DNA of 64,000 nucleotides, from positions 102,364,001-102,428,000 of the forward strand of contig CM052817.1 of assembly GCA_028534125.1 (NCBI GenBank). Direction: 5' to 3'. Under the pieces are notes generated by a model. That model was not told where the DNA came from. It saw nothing but the letters and a program-made list of their open reading frames with translations, and did not search any database. Positions 13,285 through 25,718 of the stretch are shown here, one piece after another. The position numbers were made by a program, and so were the translations under genes. Each line of letters begins with the position of its first letter. Positions within the stretch are counted from its first letter, which is position 1. The stretch is from Lama glama. Its lineage: Eukaryota.

Positions 13285-14690
13285 AAGAATATACAATGAT
13301 GAAAAGACAGTCTCTTCAGCAAGTGGTGTTGGGAAAGCTGGACACCCACGTGTAAATCAGTGAAGTAAAACACTCCTTCACAACATACACAGAAATAAAC
13401 TCAAACTGGCTTAAAGATTTAAACAAAAGACAAGACTTTATAAACCTCCCAGAAGAAAACATAGGCAAAGCATTCTCTGACCTAAATCTTAGCAATGTTC
13501 TCCTAGAGCAGTCTACCCAAGCGATGGAAATAGAAGCAAAAATAAGTAAATGGCACTTAATTAAACTTATAAGCTTTTGCACAGCAAAGGGAACCATAAG
13601 CAAAACAAAATGACAACCTACAGAATGGGAGAAAATATTTGCAAGTGATGCGAATGGCAAAGGCTTAATTTCCAGAATATACAAACAGCTCATACACCTT
13701 AATAATAGCAACAACAACAACAACAAAACAAACAACCCAATCCAAAAATGGGCAGAAGACCTAAATAAGCAATTCTCCAATGAAGACATGCAAATGGCTA
13801 ACAGGCACACGAAAAAATGCTAAATATCACTAACGATCAGAGAAATGTAAATCGAAACTAGTGAGGTATCACCTCACAGCAGTCAGAATGCTCACCATTC
13901 AAAAGTCCACAAATGATTAATGTGGGAGAGGGTGTGGAGAACAGGGAACCCTCCTACACTGTTGATGGGAATGTAAATTGGTATAGCCACGATGGAAAAC
14001 AGTATGTAGATTTCTTAAAAACCTAAACATAGACTAAAAATATGATCCAGCAATCTTATTCTTGGGCATATATCCAGAGGGAATTCTAATCTGAAAAGAC
14101 GCATGCACCCCAGTGTTCATAGCAGCACTATTTACAATAGCCAAGGCATGGAAACAGCCTAAATGTCCGTTGACAGATGACTGGATAAAGAAGTTTTGGT
14201 ATATGTATACAATGAAATACTATTCAGCCATAAAGAAGAATAAAATAATGCCAGTGCAGCAATATGGATGGACCTGGAAATTGTCATTCTAAGTGAAGAA
14301 AGCTAGAAAGAAAAAGAAAAATACCATATTATATCACTCATATGTGGAATAAAAAAAAAAGAGAGAGAGACAAATGAACTTATTTACAACACAGAAACAA
14401 ACTCACAGACATAGAAAACAAACTTATGGTTGCCAGGGAGGAAAGAGGGTGGAGAAGGATAAGTTGAGTTTTTGAGATTTGCAGACATTAACCATTATAT
14501 ATAAAATAGATAAACAACAAGTTTCTACTGTATAGCACAGGGAACCATATTCGATATCTTGTAGTAACCTATAATGAAAAAGAATATGAAAAGGAATGCA
14601 TGTATGTATATGTATGACTGAACCATTATGTTGCACACCAGAAACTGACACAACATTGTAAATGGACTATTCTTTGATAAAAAAATTTTA
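13285..14690 (+). mobile_element. 5'-truncated L1 (ORF2 C-terminus + 3' UTR)
   Basis: Typical L1 ORF2-end sequence (aaaaatgggcagaagacct, gaccc-like ctcctacactgttg, gatccagcaat) with A tail; the antisense ORF 13316..13810 is the usual L1 shadow. Confidence 0.92.
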
Positions 14691-16249
14691 AACCAAAATT
14701 ATGATATCGCTTTAATTTGTACAGCACAAGGAATACAGCCAATATTTTATAGTAACTGTAAATGGAATATAACCTTAAGAAATTGTGAGTCACTATGTTG
14801 TACACCTGAAATTTGTATTATATTGTACATCAACTACACCTCAATTAAAAAATGATATTCCTGGTATTATTTGTTGCCTATTCATCTGCATGGCTTTCTG
14901 TCTAAACAAAACCTACTTTACAGCTTGTAAGAAAGCTTGTTGGGGAGGTAAGGAGCCCAGCCTGGTGCTCATTCCTTCAGTGCCTGGTTGGGGAATTCTG
15001 GCACTGAAGAGAGACCATGGGAATTTTCTATTTAAGGGCATTGGAACATTCTAGAAACAATAAAAGCTGCCATTTCTGGGGTTTGTAATGTGCCTATCAA
15101 ACATGTTATATATCCTCACACTTTACATAATCCTTCCAATAACCCTGCAAGATAAATATTGTCATCCCCATCTTACAGGTAAGTCAGCTGGCTCAGAGAA
15201 CTTAGTTTGTCCATGTCACTTGGCTGGAACGCAGACTTCAGTCTCCGAGAAGCCTGTTGTCCTTCCACAATATCGTGCTGCCCTTGTGACAGCCTTCCAT
15301 TCCTCCCACAGACACTTCCTAGTACTCCCTCTGCGCCTGTCCTTGCACTAGGCGGTGTGTCTCCGGTTCATGAAACTTAGTGTGGGAGAGACAGAAAATA
15401 AACAAGTAACTTTCCAATATGTATTGTCCAGGAACAGAGAGTGCCTGGTGGCACCTGACATGGCACCAGAGTGGTGGCATCCAGTCAAATTGCTTTCTGT
15501 TAACTGACTCTCCATCAGATCATGGCCAGCTAAGTCACCTGAAGCTCACCCACATACCACGTTTGCCCCCAAGAAGGGTGCTTCCTGTGGGCAGAAAAAA
15601 AACCTCTGGGGAAGGCAGCCTCGGATTCCTGTACATTCCTGGCATTTTGCTAGTTCATCCACTGTAGACATGTGTAACCCAGCTTCCCATGGAATTCATT
15701 GCCCTCCAGAACCTGGATCAGAATCTAGGGCTCTCTCTGAGCTTGGCAGCTGCCTTCAGAAATCCAAGAAAGCCGCATCAGAAGTGAGTTTGATCAGACA
15801 AAGACCCCCCAAGGATGAAGCATCGCAGGAGGACGCTGCCTTGTACCAGGTCTCTCCTCCGTTACAGCGAGCTTCACATGCCCACTGAGCCTGAGGAGAC
15901 GGGGGCCCAGGTTCACAGCAACAGAGCCCACCCATGCCTTCTTGCTCAGTGAAAGCCCACAGCTCTTGGGGAGAATGTAGAGACCAATAAAACATGTCAG
16001 TCTCAAGTTTATGACCCAGTGGAGGGAGACGGACAACATTCCTGCAATGCTAAGCGCTGTGAGTGGTACATGGTCTAAGGAAATACGAAAGAAAAAGAGA
16101 TTGCTTTCAATGGGAGACATGAAATTGGCACTATGTTGAGTGTCTAACAAAGTGTCCAGCACTTAGTAAACACTCAATAAATTTTGGCTGTTATACAATG
16201 ATCAGGGTTGGCGTCACACAGGAAGTGGAAGTTGAGGCAAAGTAGAGTT

Positions 16250-16432
16250 ATCAGACAAATTACAGGATGTCCTGTTAAATATGCATTTCAGATAAAAAAC
16301 AATTTTTTTGTATTGAGTAGGTCCCGAATATTACATCAGTCTTATTTACACTAAAATATGATTGTTGTTTATCTGACTTGCACATTTAACTGGCCATTCT
16401 GGTTTTTTTAATTTACTAAATTGGGCAACTCA
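16250..16432. mobile_element. MER53-like hAT MITE
   Basis: Imperfect palindrome: acaggatgtcctgttaaat...ttcagataaa / tttatctga...atttaactggccattctgg. Confidence 0.55.
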
Positions 16433-17109
16433 GCCAAGAAAATGTGATGTGGAGATGAAGAACAGGGAAGGTAAATTAGCAGGGCTGAGGCCATAGAAAC
16501 TCAAAAGAAATGGTATTTTCCATGGCACTTCATTTCCCAACAATTGCTAACACTTACTGACTACTTACTATGAGGCAGTCACTGCTCTGAGGGCTTTACA
16601 ATGATTAACTCATTTATTCTTCATAAAAACGTGTGCAGTCGGTTATCATTATATTCATTTTAAAAATAAGACATAAAGAAGTAATTTGTCCAAAAGCAGA
16701 GCTGGGATGTGATGTAGCTAGGGTTATGAACCTAGGAAGTTTGGCTCCTCTATTCTATCTTAACCTTCATCGAAGTCCTCCATCCTGTCTTAACCATTTT
16801 GGATGGAGGAGAATAATCTTTTCACGGTAAGCTTATAGAAGACTTTCAGGGTCAGCCCATCGCCACAGTCAGTTTTCAAAAGTCAGGTCATCCAATCATA
16901 AATCCTGCACAAAGTGAAATCTCAGTTGTCAAAACTCTGCTTCACGGTGGGCTATAGCCAGCCTGCCTCTATATTCCTCCTACTGTTCAAGTAGAAAGAG
17001 GTCCTCCTTTGTTCCCCTTTGCCTTCCCAAAGTCACCCTGTTCCTGGAATGTGGAATCTTCCCCTAACTGCTGCTCCCTTTCCAACAGCTTATCGGAAGC
17101 AAACAAGCT

Positions 17110-17240
17110 TGGGGAATTGAGCAAGAACTTCTGGGACACCAACCTTACAGAAGAAGCAAGGGATGCAGAGTGCATGTTGACTGTCCAAATGGGACAAAGA
17201 TAATGATTAATCAAACCTCCTGCAGATTTAAATGGGATGG
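17110..17240 (+). promoter_or_regulatory. FGA: FGA proximal promoter
   Basis: C/EBP-like ATTGAGCAAG (17116-17125), IL-6/STAT3 element CTGGGA (17131-17136), HNF1 site GATAATGATTAATC (17199-17212) and TATA-like TTTAAAT (17227-17233), in the order known for the FGA promoter. Confidence 0.8.
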
Positions 17241-17314
17241 GAACTCAGAGTGGAGCAGTCCTCCTTTCTTTCAGCTGGAGTGCTCCTCTGGAGCCAGCCC
17301 CACCCTCGGCAAAG

Positions 17315-17368
17315 ATGTTTTCCGTGAGGATCTTCTGCCTGGTCCTGAGTGTGGTGGGCACAGTTCAG
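17315..17368 (+). CDS. FGA: Fibrinogen alpha chain, exon 1 (signal peptide)
   Basis: ATG...MFSVRIFCLVLSVVGTVQ, donor CAG|gtatga; 54 nt. Confidence 0.95.
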
Positions 17369-19272
17369 GTATGACCTCCTTTATTTCCTCTTCTGGTTTT
17401 CTCTCTGGAGTTTATTCCACCATGAGCTTTCAGCTCTGTGTCAGCTGTGTTCACATCCTCACACACGGTGAGCTTTATACGCTCATGGAAGCAAATTCCT
17501 AGATGGACCTGAAGCTGCAGCTCAAGGGTGCAGGGTAACATGACCCTAAGAGGGAGACTTAGCTAGACCAAAGCGTATAAATCCGGAGGGGAAGCAGCTA
17601 CAACTGTAGCTTACTTTTGCAGCTTTTTTTTTCAAAGAGAAGAAATATTTCCCAGCTTTGTTGCTGCAAAGCCTTGCGATAGTTAATGCTAGTTAACAGA
17701 ACAGAACACTCATATGATAAGAATTGTTCAATCGAATTGTTAATTTACTGCTATTTGTTCATAATAAGCAGAGCAGTGGTTTAATGTAGTTTTCCTTGAA
17801 GGTTGTTTTTGTGTTTCTTTAAGACAAAAAAAAAAGCAGATTAGTTATCTTTGAAAACATACTACACAGAAAAATCAGAAGAGTAATTGATAAGGCAATA
17901 TATTTTGGAGAAGCAACTGTGTTCTTTTAAGATCATAATCAATTATTGCAATAATTCCTGAAGTTTGGCTCCAGAGACCTAGACAAAAGAAGAGAAACTT
18001 CATTCAACAAGACTTTTGAAACACTTCAATTTTATAAAAACATGATAAATATGTTCCAGAAACTCAGTTACTTCCAGGCTGTGAATTATTCCAGTTTATT
18101 TTTTTCCATTTACCACTTATAAACCCTAATACCAGAGCAGGAGAAACTAAAGTGTTTCTAATGTAATTTTCTCCCTTATAGGAAATAATAAGTAAACAAT
18201 TTTATGGGAGATAAAACTAACATAATTTGCTACAGTGATATTTTGCATAATGCGTAAGTTTCACTTATTTCTCCCTATTGGCATAAATATTTCATTTTTG
18301 CCTGTTTGTATTATTGTGCCATTTTATTCCAATATTCAAATGTATAATTTTATTTCTTATACAAAAAATTGTATTTGTTCCTTTAAATAAATTGTTCTTG
18401 ATTGCTTAAATTAATATTACTATTATTTGGGTATTTTTTTAAATGAGACAGAAAATGTTAACTGATTATAAGAGTACACTGAGATTAAAATAGTCACAGT
18501 AATTCTTATAAATTGGTGGTACAAAATAAACAGAGCTAAAACCTAAAAGCCACATTGATTTATTAGGATATAAACTCTTGTTGGAAGAATATTTATATAT
18601 CCTACTTCACTCAAAGATCAAAATAGATTTTTTTTAATCTCTGTTTCTAATTATAAGGTGTTCAAAAAAAAGTTGTCAATTATAAACCATTATATTTGCT
18701 TTCAGTGTACTTTTTTCATTTCAAGTAGAAAGAAATTATTACTGGAGTGAGTAACCCAAAAAGCATTTCTGAGTCTGAATTGGCCACATTTGTGTCCTAA
18801 GAGTAAACCGGCTCAATTTATGGGCCCATAAAATTCCTAGTAAAAGGTATTGCTCCTTGAAGGACTGATAGAGCTTAAGCTAAGATGCTGCAGGATTTTT
18901 TTCTACTGAAACAGGAATTGGAGGAGAAAGAACTCTGAGGTTTTTAATGATCTATCTCCAGACATGAACGAAAATATAAACATAAATTTTAACTTTCTGG
19001 ATTCAAATAATTTTCCTTTTATAATGGGTCCTTTAAAATTCCTCACATTTATTAAACGCTTGTTTAGTGTCGGACCCAGTTAAGAAATTCGCACACCCAT
19101 CTCCTTTAATCTCACAACTCCACAAAATGGGCGTTAGGATTTTCATTCCAAAGCTAAGAAAGCTGAAGCTTGTAGAGCACCTTGGATCCCTTGCTGTAGG
19201 TTTACAGGCAGGCCATTCTCCTCACCTGCTTACAGACACTTTCTTTTTGTGTGTATTTATGAATCCTTAAAG

Positions 19273-19404
19273 ACTACAGATCCTGATGCTGATAAAGGTG
19301 AATTTCTGGCTGAAGGAGGAGGTGTGCGTGGCCCAAGACTCGTGGAAAGACCCCAATCTGTCTGCAAAGAGACAGACTGGCCCTTCTGTTCTGATGATGA
19401 CTGG
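19273..19404 (+). CDS. FGA: Fibrinogen alpha exon 2 (fibrinopeptide A and GPR knob)
   Basis: [48 protein letters not shown] boundaries. Confidence 0.98.
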
Positions 19405-19869
19405 GTGAGCAGCCGGCACGGGGAGGGGGCAATCCTCGCCTGTGCTGCTGGCAGCGCGCGCAGGCTAACCCCCTAGGTCACAGAAAACTCATCCACTGGG
19501 AAATCATCTCATGGCTCCACATGCATCAAATTAAAGAAGACAAATGGGAAGGAACCTAGTCTTGAGAGCACTACGTAAATTACCTCTCGGACTCTGGGTC
19601 ACTGGTGGGATGAACAGATCAGATTTACTTGCTTGTTCTGGCCAGTCCTAGGAACCTGAGTATCATGGCCTCAGGATTTCATGGGGCCTAAATACCCTCA
19701 CTCCAGAGTTTCTCTATAAACTCTGACTAGCCCTCTTAAATGATTTTTAGGTCAAGGGATGATCTGAAGAGACTGGGGAGGAGGACAGTAGGGGGTGCGT
19801 GGAAACCTTCAAAATTGTACTGGATCCAAGAGATAGACCCTTACCATAATCTTTCCTTTTTGCTTTCAG

Positions 19870-20053
19870 AACTCCAAATGTCCTTCAGGCTGCAGGATGA
19901 AGGGGCTGATTGATGAAGTCAATCAAGATTTTACAAACAGAATAAACAAACTGAAAAACTCACTCTTTGATTATCAGAAGAACAATAAGGACGCTAACAC
20001 ACTGACCCGGGACATCATGGACCTTCTGAGAGGCGATTTCGCCAAAGACAACA
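19870..20053 (+). CDS. FGA: Fibrinogen alpha exon 3
   Basis: [66 protein letters not shown] disulfide-ring motif and RGDF; donor gtaagt. Confidence 0.98.
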
Positions 20054-21132
20054 GTAAGTCACTGCACAGTGGATGCCTTGACTTCATAGCGCACGGCAAA
20101 CGGCAACAACAAAAAGCAGAAACAAATACGATGTCTCTGTAGAGCAGCAGCGACTCCATTCCAGAGCACTTCGTGTAGAAACATGCACCTTTATGACGTT
20201 CCTGAACTTTAGAGAGGGTTTTGTCATTTTCACCAGGTGCAAGAAGGTAGCTTAGAATTGGTTTAAGGTCACAAAGTAAGTCAGAATTTTGGGTTAAAGA
20301 CTAGAATTTAAGTGTGTTCTTAAGAACAGATAGTGAAAATAAGATGGGTCCGGCCTTTTAAGCAGACATTTTCGTTTGTGTCTTAGAGAAGAGGAAACTG
20401 AGAGGGCAAGGGATTTGCCCAAAGGGAAGGAGCTATCACGTGGTGGGGCTGGGAGTGCAGCTCAGAGACTCCACTGAGCTAATTATGAGGGATTTTTTTT
20501 TAATTTATTTAAATTATAGAGCCATATTATTTTTCTCATATCCTTTGAACTAAGCCTCATTAGGACTAGGAAACACTGGATTTGCCCTGGACAGGGCACC
20601 AAGTTTAGTGAGGCCCCAGCTCCTGAATCCTTTCTTTGACTCTTTCTATTCTTGGGAGGCACTTGACTAAAGTTAATGGTGTGAGAGTAACTGGCAAGGG
20701 AGTGATCCTGTTGACCTAAAGAAAGCTCAGGAACAATTTCAGCTCTAGAGCTGGGAAGAAAACCTCAGTAAGACAATCTAAGAATATATTCGTGTCCCCT
20801 GATTAAGGCTATAATGGAATAATTGGAATGTGATCAAAGTAATTGTCTTATCTCCTAATCAAACCTTTAAAATTTCAAAGACACTTCTGCACTTATTTGG
20901 TTTACTAATTGTTAGGAGGGCAATCTTAATTGGTATTCACAGATGACTGCAGGATCTAACATTGGCCAAGTATCAAATGCCTAAGAGATTTGGAACTCAC
21001 AAATTAAAAGTCCAGAGAACAAACTATTATAGAAGTAAAATGGGGAATATCTACCAGTAAATTTCTTTCTTTTGCTGGCCATTGCAAAGGATCACTCAGC
21101 AGCAACTTCAACATCCTTATGTGCTATTTCAG

Positions 21133-21278
21133 ACAATGATAATACATACAGCCAAGTGTCAGAAGATCTGAGAAGCAAAATTGAGATCCTGAAGCGCAAA
21201 GTCATAGAACAAGTACAGCATATCCACCTTCTACAGAAAAATGTCAGGGATCAGCTGATAGATATGAAACGACTGGAG
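21133..21278 (+). CDS. FGA: Fibrinogen alpha exon 4
   Basis: [48 protein letters not shown]; tttcag acceptor, gtaagt donor. Confidence 0.98.
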
Positions 21279-21883
21279 GTAAGTAACCTGGAGGCTCTCA
21301 CCACAGACTTTCTTGGTTTTGAACAGCAGATAAAGGAAAGCAATAGTCATTCATTAAATGCCTCCTGTGGGTAGAGCAAAGTGTTACAGCTATCATCTAC
21401 CTACAAAGTAGGTATTATTTCCCCGACTCTGTGGACGAAGAAGAAAGCTCAGAGATACTCAGTCAATTTCCCAAGGGCACATAAGATGGGAAATTTCATA
21501 AGCAAATATTCAGTTCCTCTTGTCTTACTCCAGCCTTGCTTGACCCTGACATTGAGGTGCCTCTGAGTCTTCAGCCTCAGTCTTACTGAGGATCCTGTCA
21601 TTAGTATTTCTTTTCAGAGGGAAGGCCACCTTACTCTTGATCTAGCCTAGGATAAATCCTAGTAGTTCCCACTACTTATCCTGGCTAGCCTTACAGTACC
21701 CAACATCTCTTCCACTGAAGATACCACATTAATGGAAAATGCAGTATGGGTTAATAGGTCTCCAAGTCAAAGAAATGAAACTGGTTCCCCCCAAATAAGT
21801 GAACTCCTAAGAACTCAATAGACAGAGTTTACTTATTTATAGCTACCATTTATTTTTCTTTATCTCTCTCCCCCTCTCTCTAG

Positions 21884-23347
21884 GTGGACATTGATATTAA
21901 GATCCGATCTTGCAAAGGGTCATGCAGTAGGGTTTTAGAACATAAGGTAGATCTGAAGGACTATGAAGATCAGCAGAAGCAACTCGAACAGGTTATTGGC
22001 ATAAACTTACTTCCCTCTAGAGATAGGCAATACTTACCACTGATAAAAATGAACCCAGTTCCAAACTTGATTCCTGGAAATTTCAAGAGCCAACTTCAGG
22101 AGGCCCCTGCAGAGTGGAAGGCACTAATGGAAACACGGCAGCTTAAAATGGTGTTAGAGAGGTCTGATGGAGCTGGGCATTCCAGAGGGGACTCTGTATC
22201 TCATGGAGCAGGATCAGTACCAGAAAGCCCCAGGAAGCCTGGAACTGGCAGTGCTGGAAGTGTGAGCCCTGGGAGCTATGGACCCGGAAGTGCTGGCTCT
22301 TGGACCCATGGACGTCCTGAGCCCGGAAGTGCCGGCTCTTGGACCCATGGAAGTCCTGAGCCTGGAAGTGCCGGCACTTGGACCCATGGAAGTCCTGAGC
22401 CCGGAAGTGCCGGTGCTTGGACCCATGGACATCTTGAGTCCGGAAGTGCCGGCTCTTGGACCCATGGAAGTCCTGAGCCTGGAAGTGCCGGCACTTGGAC
22501 CCATGGAAGTCCTGAGCCCGGAAGTGCCGGTGCTTGGACCCATGGACATCTTGAGTCCGGAAGTACCAGCTCTTGGACCCATGGAAGTTCTGGGTCTCCT
22601 AGTTTTAGGCCAGATAGCTCAGGACGTGGGCACACCAAGCCTTCCAACCCAGACTGGGGCACATTTAAAGAGGTGTCAGGAAGTGTAAGTCCAGGGACAA
22701 AGAAAGAGTTCCACACAGGTAAACTGGTCACTTCTAAAGGAGATAAAGAGCTTCTGATTAGTAATGAGAAGGTCACCTCTGGTCACACAACCACCACTCG
22801 CCGTTCATGTTCCAGAATCGTTACAAAGACTGTTACAAATGCCGATGGTCGCACAGAAACCATCAAAGAAGTGATAAACTCTGAAGACGGCTCTGACTGT
22901 GGTGACACAAGTTTAGACTTGCACCATACTTTTCCTAGCAGGGGTAAACTAGATGAGTTCTTTCATAGGCGCACTGATGAAGTGGCCTCAACTAGAGATA
23001 CGTTCCCGGATTTCTTCAGCCCTATGTTAAAAGAGATGGACAGTAAGATGGGCTCAGAATTTGCCACTTCAGGCTTAGGAGACACCAGCTCTTTCCACCC
23101 TGGTGTACCTGACTCGTCCTCCAGTGGTAAAACTTCAAGTCGCAAACAATTCGTTACCAGTAGCATGACTATCAACAGAGGAGGCTCCACAACTGAAAGC
23201 AAGAGCTTTAAAATGGTAGATGAGGCAGAAAGTGAAGAGGATCTTGACTTCAAAGGAGCACACGCCAGCAAGAGAGTCCATGCTAAACCTCGCATTGGCA
23301 GAGGTATCCACACTTCTCCTTTGGGGAAGCCTTCCCTGACCCCCTAG
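21884..23347 (+). CDS. FGA: Fibrinogen alpha exon 5 (alphaC region; alphaA stop). Internal donor after 23303 gives the alphaE isoform
   Basis: [16 protein letters not shown]...[14 protein letters not shown]; internal AGAG|gtatcc donor is in phase with exon 6. Confidence 0.98.
   Translation: MDIDIKIRSCKGSCSRVLEHKVDLKDYEDQQKQLEQVIGINLLPSRDRQYLPLIKMNPVPNLIPGNFKSQLQEAPAEWKALMETRQLKMVLERSDGAGHSRGDSVSHGAGSVPESPRKPGTGSAGSVSPGSYGPGSAGSWTHGRPEPGSAGSWTHGSPEPGSAGTWTHGSPEPGSAGAWTHGHLESGSAGSWTHGSPEPGSAGTWTHGSPEPGSAGAWTHGHLESGSTSSWTHGSSGSPSFRPDSSGRGHTKPSNPDWGTFKEVSGSVSPGTKKEFHTGKLVTSKGDKELLISNEKVTSGHTTTTRRSCSRIVTKTVTNADGRTETIKEVINSEDGSDCGDTSLDLHHTFPSRGKLDEFFHRRTDEVASTRDTFPDFFSPMLKEMDSKMGSEFATSGLGDTSSFHPGVPDSSSSGKTSSRKQFVTSSMTINRGGSTTESKSFKMVDEAESEEDLDFKGAHASKRVHAKPRIGRGIHTSPLGKPSLTP
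22283..22594 (+). repeat. FGA: Coding minisatellite: 8 x 39 bp (13 aa) alphaC-connector repeats
   Basis: Units of PGSAG(S/T/A)WTHG(S/H/R)(P/L)E, including an exact 117-bp higher-order duplication. Confidence 0.95.
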
Positions 23348-23889
23348 ATTAAGTTCACTACTGCAGCGTGCACTGGTAGCACCTTGCACTTCTTTCATAG
23401 CCCTTTATCACACTTTATTGAAATTACATGTTTTTGTTTATTTTTTGTGTGAGACTGTAAGTTCCATGGGGGCAAGGACTTTGTCTATCATGCTCATCTC
23501 TGTATTCCATAATGCCTAGCAGTGCGGAGCCAACACACAATAAATACATGTTAAATGAACAAACAAATGGTCCCTCTGGAACTCAATTGTAAGTTTATTT
23601 TGACCAGATTTTTTTACCATTCAAAATGTGCACTGCTGGAAATTGTCACCCAATTGGTTAATCATTACTTTTAGTGTGTGTCTCAGTTGACATTGAGATC
23701 AGGTTAAAAGCAAGTGATATTAGTACCAAATGATGCTTAGCGATCTTTGCTGGTTACTTGCTATTAATTTGTATGTGCAAGTAAAATTCCAAATTCATTG
23801 AGAAAAATCCCCCTTGCAATTTGTAGGTATAAATGCTACTCACTTGTGTTAAGTTCCATCCTGGTATAACTGCATCCTTTCCCTATAAA

Positions 23890-23990
23890 GAGAAGGAAGA
23901 CAGGAAGGCAGGAAGCTAGGAAGGCAGGAAGGCAGGAAGGCAGGAAGGAAGGAAGGAAGGAAGGAAGGGAGAAAGGAAGGGAAAGAAAGC
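23890..23990. repeat. (GGAA/GGCA)n purine tetranucleotide repeat in FGA intron 5
   Basis: Direct reading. Confidence 0.9.
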
Positions 23991-24081
23991 CAATATCTGC
24001 CTTCATTTAATCTGGGCCATGCCTAACTTTATAAAGTTAAATGAGAGTAACTTCCTCCAACCAGCTTAATTTTTTTTTTAG

Positions 24082-24791
24082 ACTGTGATGATGTCCTTCA
24101 AACACATCCTTCAGGTGCCCAAAGTGGCATTTTCAATATCCAGCTACCGGGATCCAGTAAGATTTTTTCTGTTTATTGCGATCAAGAGACCGGTTTGGGA
24201 GGATGGCTTTTGATCCAGCAAAGAATGGATGGATCATTGAATTTTAACCGGACCTGGCAAGACTACAAGAGAGGTTTCGGCAGCCTGAATGACAAGGGAG
24301 AAGGAGAATTCTGGCTAGGCAACGAATATCTCCACTTATTAACCCTGAAGGGCTCCACCCTTCGGGTTGAATTGGAAGACTGGGCTGGGAACACAGCTTA
24401 TGCAGAGTATCACTTGAGGGTAGGCTCTGAGGCAGAAGGCTATGCCTTGAAGGTCTCCTCCTATGAGGGCACAGCAGGTGATGCTCTGATTGAGGGCTCG
24501 GTAGAGGAAGGGACAGAGTACACGTCTCACGCCCACATGCAGTTCAGCACCTTCGACAGGGATGCAGACAAGTGGGAAGAGAACTGTGCGGAAGTCTACG
24601 GAGGAGGCTGGTGGTACAACAACTGCCAAGCAGCCAATCTCAATGGCATCTACTACCATGGGGGCTCCTATGACCCCAGAAACAACAGTCCCTATGAGAT
24701 TGAGAACGGGGTGGTCTGGGTGCCCTTCAGAGGTGAGGATTATTCCCTCAGGGCTGTTCGCATGAAAATCCGGCCACTAGTGACACAATAG
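24082..24791 (+). CDS. FGA: Fibrinogen alphaE exon 6 (C-terminal fibrinogen-related domain)
   Basis: T-tract + ag acceptor; (D)CDDVLQTHPSGAQSGIFNIQLPGSSKIFSVYCDQETGLGGWLLIQQR...MKIRPLVTQ*, intact frame; AATAAA near 24966. Confidence 0.97.
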
Positions 24792-25218
24792 GCTGAAGGA
24801 GTGGAGGTGAGCGTGTTCTGTTTTCTTTGTTTAGTGAAGTGAGGGGAAAATAAGGACAAGATAGGAGTTGAGATTCTTTACAACCTACTAAAAAATGCCC
24901 AGGTGCTATTTTATTATTCTTTGTACTGTAGCTAAATGTAACTGAGACATACTAGTGCTTAAAACAATAAAGTCATGTGAGTTTTTCATCTTTAAAATCA
25001 CTCTGTGGGTTTTGAAATTTCTATTAAAATACACCAAGGGGCATTCATTACATTGGAAGAGGGAGTCCGTCAGAGGGTCCTCTCTGCAGTACTTAAGAAT
25101 GTCGTTTTGAGAGCTTCTCCATTGCCCACACCTTCCAAAGTCATAGGGTCATTACCAAGTAAAAAAATAATTTTATCCATTCTGCTTGATTAGTCTTAAA
25201 CCAATATCTTAAGTTACA

Positions 25219-25718
25219 NNNNNNNNNNNNNNNNNNNNNNNNNNNNNNNNNNNNNNNNNNNNNNNNNNNNNNNNNNNNNNNNNNNNNNNNNNNNNNNNNN
25301 NNNNNNNNNNNNNNNNNNNNNNNNNNNNNNNNNNNNNNNNNNNNNNNNNNNNNNNNNNNNNNNNNNNNNNNNNNNNNNNNNNNNNNNNNNNNNNNNNNNN
25401 NNNNNNNNNNNNNNNNNNNNNNNNNNNNNNNNNNNNNNNNNNNNNNNNNNNNNNNNNNNNNNNNNNNNNNNNNNNNNNNNNNNNNNNNNNNNNNNNNNNN
25501 NNNNNNNNNNNNNNNNNNNNNNNNNNNNNNNNNNNNNNNNNNNNNNNNNNNNNNNNNNNNNNNNNNNNNNNNNNNNNNNNNNNNNNNNNNNNNNNNNNNN
25601 NNNNNNNNNNNNNNNNNNNNNNNNNNNNNNNNNNNNNNNNNNNNNNNNNNNNNNNNNNNNNNNNNNNNNNNNNNNNNNNNNNNNNNNNNNNNNNNNNNNN
25701 NNNNNNNNNNNNNNNNNN
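25219..25718. other. Assembly gap (500 N)
   Basis: Run of N. Confidence 1.

Noticed and set aside
13316..13810. 164-aa hydrophobic ORF
   Set aside because: Typical antisense reading of L1 ORF2; the same applies to 5251..5595 and 49367..49585.
22214..22776. Three overlapping alternative-frame or antisense ORFs with repetitive peptides
   Set aside because: They are shadows of the stop-free 39-bp FGA repeat; there is no independent gene evidence.
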